Assembly: GCF_002895005.1 (NCBI RefSeq)
Contig: NZ_POWF01000001.1
Coordinates: forward strand, 410,344-474,343
DNA length: 64,000 nucleotides
Direction of reading: 5' to 3'
Source of the DNA: Hanstruepera neustonica
GTDB lineage: Bacteria > Bacteroidota > Bacteroidia > Flavobacteriales > Flavobacteriaceae
The notes below the pieces were generated by a model that made no database searches, was not told where the DNA came from, and worked only from the letters and a program-made list of their open reading frames with translations. Below are positions 20,488 to 30,132 of this stretch, in pieces (the first letter of the stretch is position 1; the number at the start of each line of letters is the position of its first letter). The translations under genes and the position numbers were made by a program.

Positions 20488-22896
20488 ATGAAATCAAGAT
20501 TCCTATTTCTATTGTTTGCTATTTTATGTTTCATTAATACTTTTTCCCAAAATGTTTTGGTTTTGGATAAAGATTCAAAGCATCCTCTTGCTGGAGTTAT
20601 TATCTCAGGTGATAATGAAACAATACAGACTAATATTGACGGCGAAGCTTCTTTAAACTTGTTTCAGGATGATGAAATGTTGATATTTCAGAACAAATCT
20701 TACAATAATATTCAGATTTCTAAATCTGAAGTTTTAAGAACCAATAATATTATTTACTTAACCAGTAGAGTTGATCTGGATGAAGTTGTTATTTCGGCAT
20801 CAAAATTTGAACAAAGCTCAAGGGATATTCCACAAAAAATTGTAAATATTTCAGCAAAGGATATTCATTTTATTAACCCCCAAACAAGTGCTGATCTTTT
20901 GGAAAATACTGGAAATATATTTATTCAAAAAAGTCAATTAGGAGGCGGAAGCCCATTGATAAGGGGTTTTTCAACCAACAGGTTGTTAATTACTGTTGAT
21001 GGAGTCAGAATGAACAATGCAATATTTAGATCTGGAAACCTTCAAAATGTTATTTCAATAGATCCCTTCACTATTCAAAATACTGAAATTACGCTTGGAG
21101 CTGGATCAGTGGTCTATGGTAGTGATGCCATTGGTGGCGTTATGAGTTTTTACACAAAAAAACCACAACTCTCATATAAGGATGATCTATATTTCAAGAC
21201 TAATGCATTGGCGAGGTTTGCTTCTGCAAATTTTGAAAAAACGGGTCATGTTGATTTAAATTTTGGATTTAAAAAATGGGCATTTTTAAGCAGTTTTAGC
21301 TATAGCGATTACGATGATTTACGAATGGGTAAACATGGCCCAGACGAATATTTAAGACCTGAATTTGTTGAAACTATTAATGGTATAGATGCGGTTGTTG
21401 TAAACGACAATCCATTGGTACAGACTCCTACAGGTTTCAATCAATATAACCTGATGCAAAAAGTACGTTATGAGCCCAAAGAAGATTTAAGTTTAGATTT
21501 AGGATTATATTTTTCAAGAACATCAAATTTTTCAAGGTATGATAGGCTTCTACGATACAGAGGAGACGTTCTTCGTTCAGCCGAATGGTATTATGGCCCG
21601 CAACAATGGTTTATGAGTAGTCTTCAATATACCAAATTACGCAGCAGTTCTAATTTATATGATAAAGTGCAGACAACTTTGGCTTATCAAAACTTTAAGG
21701 AGAGCAGGCATGATAGAAACTTTCAATCGGAAATAGAGAATATTAGGGAAGAATCTGTCAATGCATTATCATTCAATATGGATTTAGAAAAACGCATAAG
21801 CCAAAAAACGGAGTTGTTTTATGGCTTGGAATATGTTTACAATTTAGTCAATTCAATTGGGCAAGAAAAAGACATCTACACTAATATTACTACTCCAACG
21901 GTTTCAAGATACCCTGATGATTCCAATTGGCAATCAGCAGCTATTTATACAAGTTTAAAATACAAGCCAAGCAACAAGTTTATTTTACAATCGGGCTTAC
22001 GATACAATCAAGTTTTTGCGAGTGCTAATTTTACAGAAAACAATCAGTACTTAAACTTACCTTTTGATTCTACTAAAATCAATTCGGGAGCCCTTACTGG
22101 AACGGCAGGAATAAGTTGGCTACCAAATAAAACTATTCAATGGAAATTGAACGCTTCAACTGCTTTTAGGGCACCAAATATTGATGATATAGGTAAAGTC
22201 TTTGATTCCGAACCTGGATCTGTAGTTGTGCCTAATGACAATTTAAACCCTGAATATGCTTACGGCGGAGAATTAGGTTTACTGCTGAATTTTAATGACA
22301 CCTTTATTTTGGATTTGGCAACATATTATACGTTTTTAGACAATGCTCTTGTAAGAAGAGATTACGCAATAAATGGCGAAACAGAAATTATGTATGATGG
22401 TGAGTTAAGTAATATTCAGGCCATTCAGAATGCTTCAAAAGCATGGATATATGGTTTTGAAGTAGGATTGAAAGTGAATTTCTCTCAAAACGTTAAGTTA
22501 ACATCCCAATATAATATAATTGGAGGTTCAGAGGAGGACAATGGTATTGAAATACCTGTGAGACATGTAGCTCCAAATTTTGGTAATACACATTTAATTT
22601 TTAATAAAAATCGAATACGTATCGATGGATTTGTTGATTACAATGGTGAATTATCAAATAATCAATTGGCACCTTCTGAAGCCGAAAAGGATTATCTATA
22701 TGCCAAAGATGCCGATGGCAACCCTTATTCTCCATCATGGTATACATTGAATTTAAGAACCCAATACGAATTGAAAGAATACTTAAGCATTACATTGGGA
22801 TTAGAGAATATAACTGATCAACGTTATAGAAAATATTCTTCGGGTATAGCCTCACCTGGAAGAAATTTTATTGTGTCTTTGAGTTATTCTTTATAA
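20488..22896 (+). CDS. TonB-dependent outer-membrane receptor with an N-terminal carboxypeptidase-regulatory-like domain
   Basis: Signal peptide. Plug region (LENTGNIFIQKSQLGGGSPLIRGF...TVDGVRMNN). 802 aa beta-barrel. Confidence 0.8.
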   Translation: MKSRFLFLLFAILCFINTFSQNVLVLDKDSKHPLAGVIISGDNETIQTNIDGEASLNLFQDDEMLIFQNKSYNNIQISKSEVLRTNNIIYLTSRVDLDEVVISASKFEQSSRDIPQKIVNISAKDIHFINPQTSADLLENTGNIFIQKSQLGGGSPLIRGFSTNRLLITVDGVRMNNAIFRSGNLQNVISIDPFTIQNTEITLGAGSVVYGSDAIGGVMSFYTKKPQLSYKDDLYFKTNALARFASANFEKTGHVDLNFGFKKWAFLSSFSYSDYDDLRMGKHGPDEYLRPEFVETINGIDAVVVNDNPLVQTPTGFNQYNLMQKVRYEPKEDLSLDLGLYFSRTSNFSRYDRLLRYRGDVLRSAEWYYGPQQWFMSSLQYTKLRSSSNLYDKVQTTLAYQNFKESRHDRNFQSEIENIREESVNALSFNMDLEKRISQKTELFYGLEYVYNLVNSIGQEKDIYTNITTPTVSRYPDDSNWQSAAIYTSLKYKPSNKFILQSGLRYNQVFASANFTENNQYLNLPFDSTKINSGALTGTAGISWLPNKTIQWKLNASTAFRAPNIDDIGKVFDSEPGSVVVPNDNLNPEYAYGGELGLLLNFNDTFILDLATYYTFLDNALVRRDYAINGETEIMYDGELSNIQAIQNASKAWIYGFEVGLKVNFSQNVKLTSQYNIIGGSEEDNGIEIPVRHVAPNFGNTHLIFNKNRIRIDGFVDYNGELSNNQLAPSEAEKDYLYAKDADGNPYSPSWYTLNLRTQYELKEYLSITLGLENITDQRYRKYSSGIASPGRNFIVSLSYSL

Positions 22897-22934
22897 AAAA
22901 AATCCCTCAAATTCTAGAGGGATTTTTATTTTCA
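22893..22934. terminator. bidirectional intrinsic terminator between the TBDR and the convergent giant gene
   Basis: AAAAAAAATCCCTC aaattcta GAGGGATTTTTATTTT. Confidence 0.6.
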
Positions 22935-22949
22935 ATATATGTTCAAAAG

Positions 22950-25900
22950 CTATTTCTTAATGGCTTTCTTAATGATAACTTGATTGTTGGATAAAGTTAT
23001 TTTGGCGATATAGGTTGAACTACTTAAGCCAGACAAATTGTAAGTTTCAGAATTATTTTTGCCTTTCAGATTGTAAACCGTTCTTCCTGTCAAATCAATA
23101 ATTTCAACGTTTTTAATTGATAGGTTATTTGAATCAATTGAAAATCTAACATCATCATTATCTAGTTCAATAATGCTAATGGTATTTTGATTTGTAACGA
23201 TTTCATCAATGGATAAGGCATTGGATCTAAATACGATTTCAAAACGATCATTAAAAGTGCCTTCTTCTGATATAAAGGTGTAAGGGCGAATTCTCAAATC
23301 ATATGTAATTCCCAAAAGGTGGTCTTTTAAGTAAATCGGTTGTGATGTTGAGTCAAACATACCATCAACAGCAGCTATGGCAATAGTGTAATTTCCACGA
23401 GCATGACTTTTGTAGCCTAGTGGAATAACATCTGAATCATTAAAAGGAAGACCAAGACCTTGAATAACAAAAGCATTATTTTCAATTAAAGAATAAAAAT
23501 TCAAATTGTCAGCAATAGCATCAAACATCCGATCTCTATCTTGTGTTGCGTTTTGAGCATAGCCAATTAAAATCCGATTTGTAGGCTGATTTTCTGGAAC
23601 GAAGTCTAACCAAACCCTGTGCTTTTCTAAATCTCTGTAATTAGTGGTTCTGGTTTGGGAACTAGATTTATAAAATTGAGAGTTATCATGACCGACACCT
23701 CTCATAGAGTTATTGAATACTATATTACTTCCGGATGGTGCTGTATCTAACATATTGACCATAAAACTTTGACCCGAAGCAATGTATAAATCACCAGGAC
23801 CACTTGAGGCGCCCATTCCATTGTAGGTCAAATAGTCACTTTCAGTATAATTAGACCCAAAATCATAATAAAAAGGATCACCAATAGCTGTACTTGGCGG
23901 ATTTCCATGCGTCCAAAGATTGACAAATCCGTCTAATACGCTGCTGTTTTCATCCAAAAAAGTATAAGCGTCAATAGCCGAAGGATAAGGATTTCCTAAT
24001 AAATTCCATTGATCATCATTTCCCGGAATGGCTCCTCGAGTAACCTGTAAAGCAGGCGTTAAACCATTATGCGGAACACCATTTTCAAAAATTGCCGTAA
24101 AGTTTAAATCACCTGGCGTAACAGGAGAAGTTTGACCACTGGGTACCCTAATGATATAACCTAGACCTTTTACCATGGTTTCACCAGCTGCAGGAACCCA
24201 GTTGCCATAAGTACCATTATCATTCATGTTAACTGGATCCCACTTATAAATACGATTTGTTGGAGAACTTGGTGATACATTATTGACATTCATATTGGTT
24301 ATTGGTGAGGACCAATATACATAGTCTTGAGCATCAACAGAAGCAGATCGTTCTACACGAATATTACCAGTATTAATACCTGAATCATCACCTTGCACTA
24401 AAGACCCATTATTTTCAATTAGAAATAATGTGCCATTTTGAGTGAAGTCATTATGAACATAAATATAACGACCATCTGAAATTGTCACGGTATTGGTTGG
24501 GTCAACAACTAAATCACCTTTTACATACAAATTGTTTGACGTGCTCGTATTAAAATCATTATCAATGGTCACATCATAAAATTCTTCTGTATTAGTTGGA
24601 ACATTGTTATTGATTACTTGCGGACCATCTAATGGGTCTCCTGTAAATACTACGTGACCATTACCTTCATCGAAAGCATTAACATTTACGTCATTAGTCC
24701 AATCTCCATATAAATAAATAAGACTTCCAGGTGTTCCAATGCCATCATGGTTCATATCTAAAGCACCTGTTCCTTGAATAGTAACATCTCGAACATACAA
24801 TATATCCAAATCTGAATCTATGTTTAGTTTTTCATCACTAATGGTTAAATCTTGACAATCAGCCACATAACCATATTTAAAGGCATTGGGTGAATTGTGA
24901 TCAATATCACAATAGGTTGTAGATGCATTATCGATGGTTACATTGGTGTTTCGTTTAGGAACCGAAAAGTTTTCCCAGTTTTTACAGTCAAACCAATCAG
25001 TACTAACCCCTCCAATCCAATGCCCAGCGACATTAGCAGAACCTGTAACCGTATAAGAACTTCCACAAATAGAGGATATATCATCGCCATCTTGACCAGA
25101 ACTAGCACTTTGAATAGTCCAATTACTAGCCACATCAGTTATATCTGCTAAAAGAGCATAATGAGTACCAGATATCATGCCACTATTGTGATAACCGTAA
25201 AAACGCGTAGAAGATGTTGGTCCAGTTTCTAAATATACACATTCAATATCAGGATGAATTCTGGACACTCTCGTGCCGCCCGCATTTCCTGCAACCGAAA
25301 AGGACTGAAAGCTTCCTTTTGTTTGCAAGCCACCTAAAACAACACCCGTAAATGTTCTAAAATTATCAGGTTGCGTGTCTCCAGTATCTGGACCATCGGC
25401 TTCTGTTTGAACATTAGAAAATGTTCCCTGCATTAACCAAATAGCATCTGGACTAGTTGTACTAATATTACCAGCAATATTGTCATTATTATGTGCAGCA
25501 TTATCCAATATTATAAAATCTGACGTGGCATCAACACCATTAATAGTAATGGAGGAGATATAAGCAGGGAAGCTATTTGTTTCAATACAGATTATAGAGC
25601 CTTTTGGAATATCGGAACAACCATTGTATTGCAAAGTAGCGTAAGGGGGTTCACCCGCTTCGTCAAAATCATCATTACAATCATACCATCTTCCAGTAGT
25701 AATATTTGCAGGTGCATTATATTCATATAGGAGGTTTGCCATTGTAAATTCTGTACCAACACCAATGTCAACCATATTTAAAATAGAAAACCTGTCATCT
25801 CCACCACCTATGTAGCTATCAAACCCAACAAACACCAAATCACCAGGTATAAATGTTGTTGGACCAGAGCCTCCTGAACTGGCAGCAGTAGCTAAAGAGG

Positions 25901-28043
25901 TTATTCCAGAGCTCCACGATGTTCCGATTCTAGTAAATATTTTAAAGTGATATGTTACACCGTTAGTAAGGCCCGTAATAGTTTCAGGAGGTGTTGTTCC
26001 TTTAAAAACAACTTTCCCAGATAATAAATTTGATCCAGTACCAATAAAATTAGGATCAGCTGTGTAGGCGGATCCGTCACCAGATGGAGATCCAGCAGCA
26101 ACTGGATTTGTTGCGCGCGCTACGATTAAAACCTCTTCGTAACATGTGGGTAGGGCCCAGGTGAGCGCAATATCACCACAGCTATTGTAGCTTGAAAATG
26201 ATGAGACATTATTTACGCTGAAATTAAAAGTTACTGAAGTTGAAACACCCGAACTCCATATGCTTCCAACCCTTGAGTAAATTGTAAAATGATAGGTGTT
26301 TCCATCAGAAAGACCTGTAATTGTCGTATTCGTTCCAGCACCTTCATATACATCAAACTGACCAGCTGAAAGCGCCGTCCCTGAACCAAATATTGGATTG
26401 TCCGTGTAAGCAGATCCGTCTCCAGTAGGAATTGCTGTAACTGCAGATCCATTACGACCAACAATTAAAACCTCATCTGCACAAGCTGGGGCATCCCAAG
26501 CTAAATCAATACCGGTACATCCGCTAGTTGCTGCAAAAGAAGCCGTGTCGTCTGGAGAACTACACGAAAAACATGTCCAGCTTAAATTATTAATTAGCGT
26601 TCTGTTTCCACTATTTCTTAATTCTAAATCGATAAATCCGGAAACATTGACTGTCGTACTGAAGGTCGTTGAGTTGGTATCACTTACTGTTATGTCTCCA
26701 CCATATTGCACGCCGTTTATCCAAACTTGCAATGTGGAGTTGCCTGTATAGATTCTAGCATAATCAAAGGTTATAACACCACAACCATTTGGGAAAGAGG
26801 TCACATTTGTAAGTGATCCATTTCTTAACATAACTGCTTCTTGGCCATTAAGATCTTGATCGGTTCTTGAATCCGTTGCATTCCAATCAATCCCATCATC
26901 ACCAGTCCAAGTTTCAGCACCATATGTACCACTATTTCCTGAATTGACAAATGACTCACTAGCACAAGGACCAGCAAAAACATCCCATTGAGCGTAAAGT
27001 GTTATATCAGAAGAGAAATTATATAAGGCACTATCGGCATACGTTGTGCCACTACCATCAGCAGCGGTATTCCAACTGTTAAAAGTAAAACCAGAATTAG
27101 TGAAAGAGTTGCTATCCAGATTTGTAGGGACACAATTTGTTTGGGGTGGCATACTACCTGTTCCGCCATTACTATCAAAGGTTACAGTGTTTCCAATTGG
27201 GGACCATTGTGCATATAATGTGGTGTCAGAAGTAATATTAAATGTATTTCCTCCTGTGTAGCTACTACCAGTACCATCAGCTACTGTATTCCAACCGTTA
27301 AAAGTATTGCAAGTATTAGTAAAAGTATTTCCTAAAACCGTAACGGAGTCACCTGAATTATAAGTGTTGGCATCAACCGGAGTTGTTCCGCCATCACTGC
27401 CATTTCCATCATAAGTTACAGAATAGGTTGGCGTGCCTCCAGCTTCAGTAATAACAATATTGTCAAGAAATACACCTTCACCATTAGAGGTTAAATTGAT
27501 AAATTGTAATCGAATATCAAGTGTTGAGTTTCCAGATAATGTTATTGAAGAACTGCTAAATGTTGTAAATGCTGAAGTAGATAATTCCTGTCCAACATCG
27601 CCATCACCATCAAAACCTAAATCAATTGCAGCTGTCGAATTAAAAGCATCACCGTCAGGAATACTTTGTACCCACAAAAGATTTTGATAACCACCGCCAT
27701 CAACAGAATATGTTATTAATAATTCATCTGTTGTATCCCATTGAGCAGCATTAGCATAAGATAAATCAATTGAAAACGTAAAAGCAATTGACCCGTTAAC
27801 ATCAATTTGATCTATATCTATAAATGGGTTACCAGAAATGTCTTCAGCTACCCAATAATATGTAGAGTTCCCATTAACAGCTGTATTGGTTCGGTTAAAA
27901 GTGTCTGTATTCCCGGTACCAAAAGTTGTTGAAGGCGTGTAACCAGCATTGGCTGTTTCAAAGTCAATTGTTGTTACCTGCCCAAACCCAAATAATATAG
28001 CGCACAAAAAAGCGATAGATACGAGGGAGTATTTCTTAATCAT
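22950..28043 (-). CDS. giant (1697 aa) T9SS-secreted surface protein: unknown N-terminal beta-rich region, 2 Listeria-Bacteroides (Flg_new-type) repeats, 2 tandem FN3-like repeats, a conserved unknown pre-CTD module, type-A T9SS CTD
   Basis: Signal peptide MIKKYSLVSIAFLCAILFGFGQ. Repeats YSVTYDGNGSDGG...FNGWNT...TLYAQW (x2). FN3-like duplicates ...GNTYHFTIYSRVGSIWSSG / ...GVTYHFKIFTRIGTSWSSG. C-terminal CTD ...TYIAKITLSNNQVIIKKAIKK. Confidence 0.8.
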   Translation of the reverse strand: MIKKYSLVSIAFLCAILFGFGQVTTIDFETANAGYTPSTTFGTGNTDTFNRTNTAVNGNSTYYWVAEDISGNPFIDIDQIDVNGSIAFTFSIDLSYANAAQWDTTDELLITYSVDGGGYQNLLWVQSIPDGDAFNSTAAIDLGFDGDGDVGQELSTSAFTTFSSSSITLSGNSTLDIRLQFINLTSNGEGVFLDNIVITEAGGTPTYSVTYDGNGSDGGTTPVDANTYNSGDSVTVLGNTFTNTCNTFNGWNTVADGTGSSYTGGNTFNITSDTTLYAQWSPIGNTVTFDSNGGTGSMPPQTNCVPTNLDSNSFTNSGFTFNSWNTAADGSGTTYADSALYNFSSDITLYAQWDVFAGPCASESFVNSGNSGTYGAETWTGDDGIDWNATDSRTDQDLNGQEAVMLRNGSLTNVTSFPNGCGVITFDYARIYTGNSTLQVWINGVQYGGDITVSDTNSTTFSTTVNVSGFIDLELRNSGNRTLINNLSWTCFSCSSPDDTASFAATSGCTGIDLAWDAPACADEVLIVGRNGSAVTAIPTGDGSAYTDNPIFGSGTALSAGQFDVYEGAGTNTTITGLSDGNTYHFTIYSRVGSIWSSGVSTSVTFNFSVNNVSSFSSYNSCGDIALTWALPTCYEEVLIVARATNPVAAGSPSGDGSAYTADPNFIGTGSNLLSGKVVFKGTTPPETITGLTNGVTYHFKIFTRIGTSWSSGITSLATAASSGGSGPTTFIPGDLVFVGFDSYIGGGDDRFSILNMVDIGVGTEFTMANLLYEYNAPANITTGRWYDCNDDFDEAGEPPYATLQYNGCSDIPKGSIICIETNSFPAYISSITINGVDATSDFIILDNAAHNNDNIAGNISTTSPDAIWLMQGTFSNVQTEADGPDTGDTQPDNFRTFTGVVLGGLQTKGSFQSFSVAGNAGGTRVSRIHPDIECVYLETGPTSSTRFYGYHNSGMISGTHYALLADITDVASNWTIQSASSGQDGDDISSICGSSYTVTGSANVAGHWIGGVSTDWFDCKNWENFSVPKRNTNVTIDNASTTYCDIDHNSPNAFKYGYVADCQDLTISDEKLNIDSDLDILYVRDVTIQGTGALDMNHDGIGTPGSLIYLYGDWTNDVNVNAFDEGNGHVVFTGDPLDGPQVINNNVPTNTEEFYDVTIDNDFNTSTSNNLYVKGDLVVDPTNTVTISDGRYIYVHNDFTQNGTLFLIENNGSLVQGDDSGINTGNIRVERSASVDAQDYVYWSSPITNMNVNNVSPSSPTNRIYKWDPVNMNDNGTYGNWVPAAGETMVKGLGYIIRVPSGQTSPVTPGDLNFTAIFENGVPHNGLTPALQVTRGAIPGNDDQWNLLGNPYPSAIDAYTFLDENSSVLDGFVNLWTHGNPPSTAIGDPFYYDFGSNYTESDYLTYNGMGASSGPGDLYIASGQSFMVNMLDTAPSGSNIVFNNSMRGVGHDNSQFYKSSSQTRTTNYRDLEKHRVWLDFVPENQPTNRILIGYAQNATQDRDRMFDAIADNLNFYSLIENNAFVIQGLGLPFNDSDVIPLGYKSHARGNYTIAIAAVDGMFDSTSQPIYLKDHLLGITYDLRIRPYTFISEEGTFNDRFEIVFRSNALSIDEIVTNQNTISIIELDNDDVRFSIDSNNLSIKNVEIIDLTGRTVYNLKGKNNSETYNLSGLSSSTYIAKITLSNNQVIIKKAIKK

Positions 28044-28126
28044 ACGGATAATTAATTTTAATGCTCTTAAGCAGCCTACAAATATACAGTAAAAGATATA
28101 TAAAACAATGACTTACAGTTTCTTAC

Positions 28127-28630
28127 TTGTTAACAAATTGTTACTATATTGTATGCATGATTCAAGGTAAAACTTATACTCTAGAAGAAGCCAAGCGTGT
28201 GCTTGAAAACTATTGTGTATATCAAGAACGATGTCATAAAGAGGTTCGGGATAAGTTGGGGAAAATGCGCATGATTCCGGATGCCATTGATTTGGTAATT
28301 GTACACTTATTGGAACATGATTTTTTAAATGAAACCAGATTTGCCAAAACTTTTGTTTCTGGAAAATTTAGAGTTAAAAAATGGGGAAGAAACCGAATAA
28401 AAAGAGAGTTAAAATTACGTGAAATTAGTAACTATAATATTGACTTGGCCATAAATGAAATTTCAGATTTTGATTATTTGCGAGCGTTTCATGAATTAGC
28501 AGATAAAAAAATAGACAGTACTAAAGAAAAAAGTTTACTAAAGAAAAAAAAGAAAGTAGCAGATTATTTATTTTACAGGGGCTGGGAAAGTCATCTGATT
28601 TATGACAAACTAAATTCCATAAACCAATAA
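28127..28630 (+). CDS. recX: regulatory protein RecX (true start possibly the internal Met at 28157)
   Basis: Three-helix-repeat architecture. N-terminus (from the internal Met) MIQGKTYTLEEAKRVLENYCVYQERCHKEVRDKL. 157-167 aa. Confidence 0.6.
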   Translation: MLTNCYYIVCMIQGKTYTLEEAKRVLENYCVYQERCHKEVRDKLGKMRMIPDAIDLVIVHLLEHDFLNETRFAKTFVSGKFRVKKWGRNRIKRELKLREISNYNIDLAINEISDFDYLRAFHELADKKIDSTKEKSLLKKKKKVADYLFYRGWESHLIYDKLNSINQ

Positions 28631-28656
28631 GCACCCAAAAGGGTGCTTATTGGTTT
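28621..28656. terminator. perfect 16-bp-stem hairpin straddling the recX stop codon; bidirectional terminator
   Basis: AAACCAATAAGCACCC aaaa GGGTGCTTATTGGTTT. The recX TAA lies inside the 5' arm. A T-run (ATGTTTTAT) follows. Confidence 0.55.
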
Positions 28657-28670
28657 ATGTTTTATAAAAG

Positions 28671-29201
28671 TTACAAATTGAAAACAGCACCAACATTCAC
28701 AGAAAACTGATTATGTATTTTCTCCGCTGGAGCCAATGGGTCTGAATTATATCTAGCAATAGGGAATAATGCTTCGGTAAATACACCAAAACCAGAAGAA
28801 AAGAAATAACGTGCTCCCAAGTGACCACCAAAGTTCTTTAAACTGAAGCTTAAACCAGGATATAAATCAAAATTTTCGTCAATATTTAAGACATTTCCTA
28901 TGTTGGCATTAAAGCGGGCCTTTAAATCAAATCGGTCCATAAAACTGGCTTTTTCTTGAATATTGATAAAGCCAAAATTAATATCATCCTTTAATTCGCT
29001 AGCAATTCCTAAAGCATAGGTTGATGAAATACCAATAGAAATGTTTTCCCCAAGACCATAATCAAAACTCATGTTTAAGCCTGTTGCATTATTCTGAAAA
29101 TTAGCACCAACCTGTAGTTTTTGATCACCTTTACCTGAAAAGGCCTGGCCGTTTGCAAAAGAAACTGTAAATACTAAAAGTATAAAAAATAGGTTTTTCA
29201 T
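28671..29201 (-). CDS. small outer-membrane beta-barrel protein (OmpW/OmpA-like barrel family, putative)
   Basis: Signal peptide MKNLFFILLVFTVSFANGQ. About 8 amphipathic strands. C-terminal ...GAVFNL. Confidence 0.45.
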   Translation of the reverse strand: MKNLFFILLVFTVSFANGQAFSGKGDQKLQVGANFQNNATGLNMSFDYGLGENISIGISSTYALGIASELKDDINFGFINIQEKASFMDRFDLKARFNANIGNVLNIDENFDLYPGLSFSLKNFGGHLGARYFFSSGFGVFTEALFPIARYNSDPLAPAEKIHNQFSVNVGAVFNL

Positions 29202-29229
29202 TTATTCTTAATTTTAGTTGACAAAGATA

Positions 29230-30093
29230 CTATAAAATGTTTTTATGGGTATTTAAAACAGCTTGCTCATTTTTCCACTCTATCCATTTTTGACCCTTTA
29301 TTCGGCGCATTAAATTATCGAAATTTCTCATAATAAAAATGTTATAAATGGCTTTCGCTAGATGTTTTGGGTTTTTAGCAATAGCGCGCAAACTCATTGA
29401 AAAACCTGGCGTAATATACTTCATGTAATGCCAATAGCCTTCTGGCATAAAAAGTGCCTCGCCATGTGACAGGGTTGTTTTGTAACCCTTGGCTCTGCTC
29501 AAAGCAGGCCACTTTTTTAAGTCAGGATCAGAAAAATCAATATCCTCACGCGTAATCAATGAATGGGGAACTTGATACAAAAAATCATTTTGTTCTTGAT
29601 CAAATAGAATAACCTCTTTTGTCCCTTCAAAATGAAAATGAAAGATATTGGCTAAATCAATATCATAGTGCATAAACGTATGCGAGTCTTTACCTCCAAA
29701 GAACAACATGGGAAGCCCTTTCATAAATTTTAGTCCTAAATCAGGACACCTATAATCTTTTTGTAATTCAGGGACTTCCTTTAAAATGTTCCAAAGGAAT
29801 ATACGGTATTTTGTAGGTTCATTTTTTAGTAAATCAATGTAATTACCCATTTTCATATGAGCATGGGCTTCATTAAAACCGTCTTTATAATCAACTGGGC
29901 GATCGTCGTAAAGCGGAACTATTTTATCGCCAGCAACCGTTTTCATGTATTCAAGATTCCAAAGCGTATATGCAGGCCATTCTTTAGTAAGCTGTTCAAT
30001 AACAACAGGTTTTTGAGGCTTTAAGTAAGACCTAATAAAATCTGATTTATCAATAGATTTTACACGCGGAATATCTTGAAGGTTTAATGACAA
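29230..30093 (-). CDS. cupin-like/JmjC-domain protein
   Basis: Cupin_8-type pattern with HxD...H candidates (FMHYDID ... WHYMKY). 287 aa. Confidence 0.5.
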   Translation of the reverse strand: MSLNLQDIPRVKSIDKSDFIRSYLKPQKPVVIEQLTKEWPAYTLWNLEYMKTVAGDKIVPLYDDRPVDYKDGFNEAHAHMKMGNYIDLLKNEPTKYRIFLWNILKEVPELQKDYRCPDLGLKFMKGLPMLFFGGKDSHTFMHYDIDLANIFHFHFEGTKEVILFDQEQNDFLYQVPHSLITREDIDFSDPDLKKWPALSRAKGYKTTLSHGEALFMPEGYWHYMKYITPGFSMSLRAIAKNPKHLAKAIYNIFIMRNFDNLMRRIKGQKWIEWKNEQAVLNTHKNIL

Positions 30094-30132
30094 GGCGTTT
30101 TTGATATTAAAAGAATCACATGTGAATAAAAC

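Noticed and set aside
22950-28043. Giant protein as a polymorphic toxin / RHS-type effector
   Set aside because: No RHS/YD repeats, no PAAR, no C-terminal toxin domain or downstream immunity gene. The C-terminus is a T9SS sorting domain and the body is made of adhesin-type repeats.
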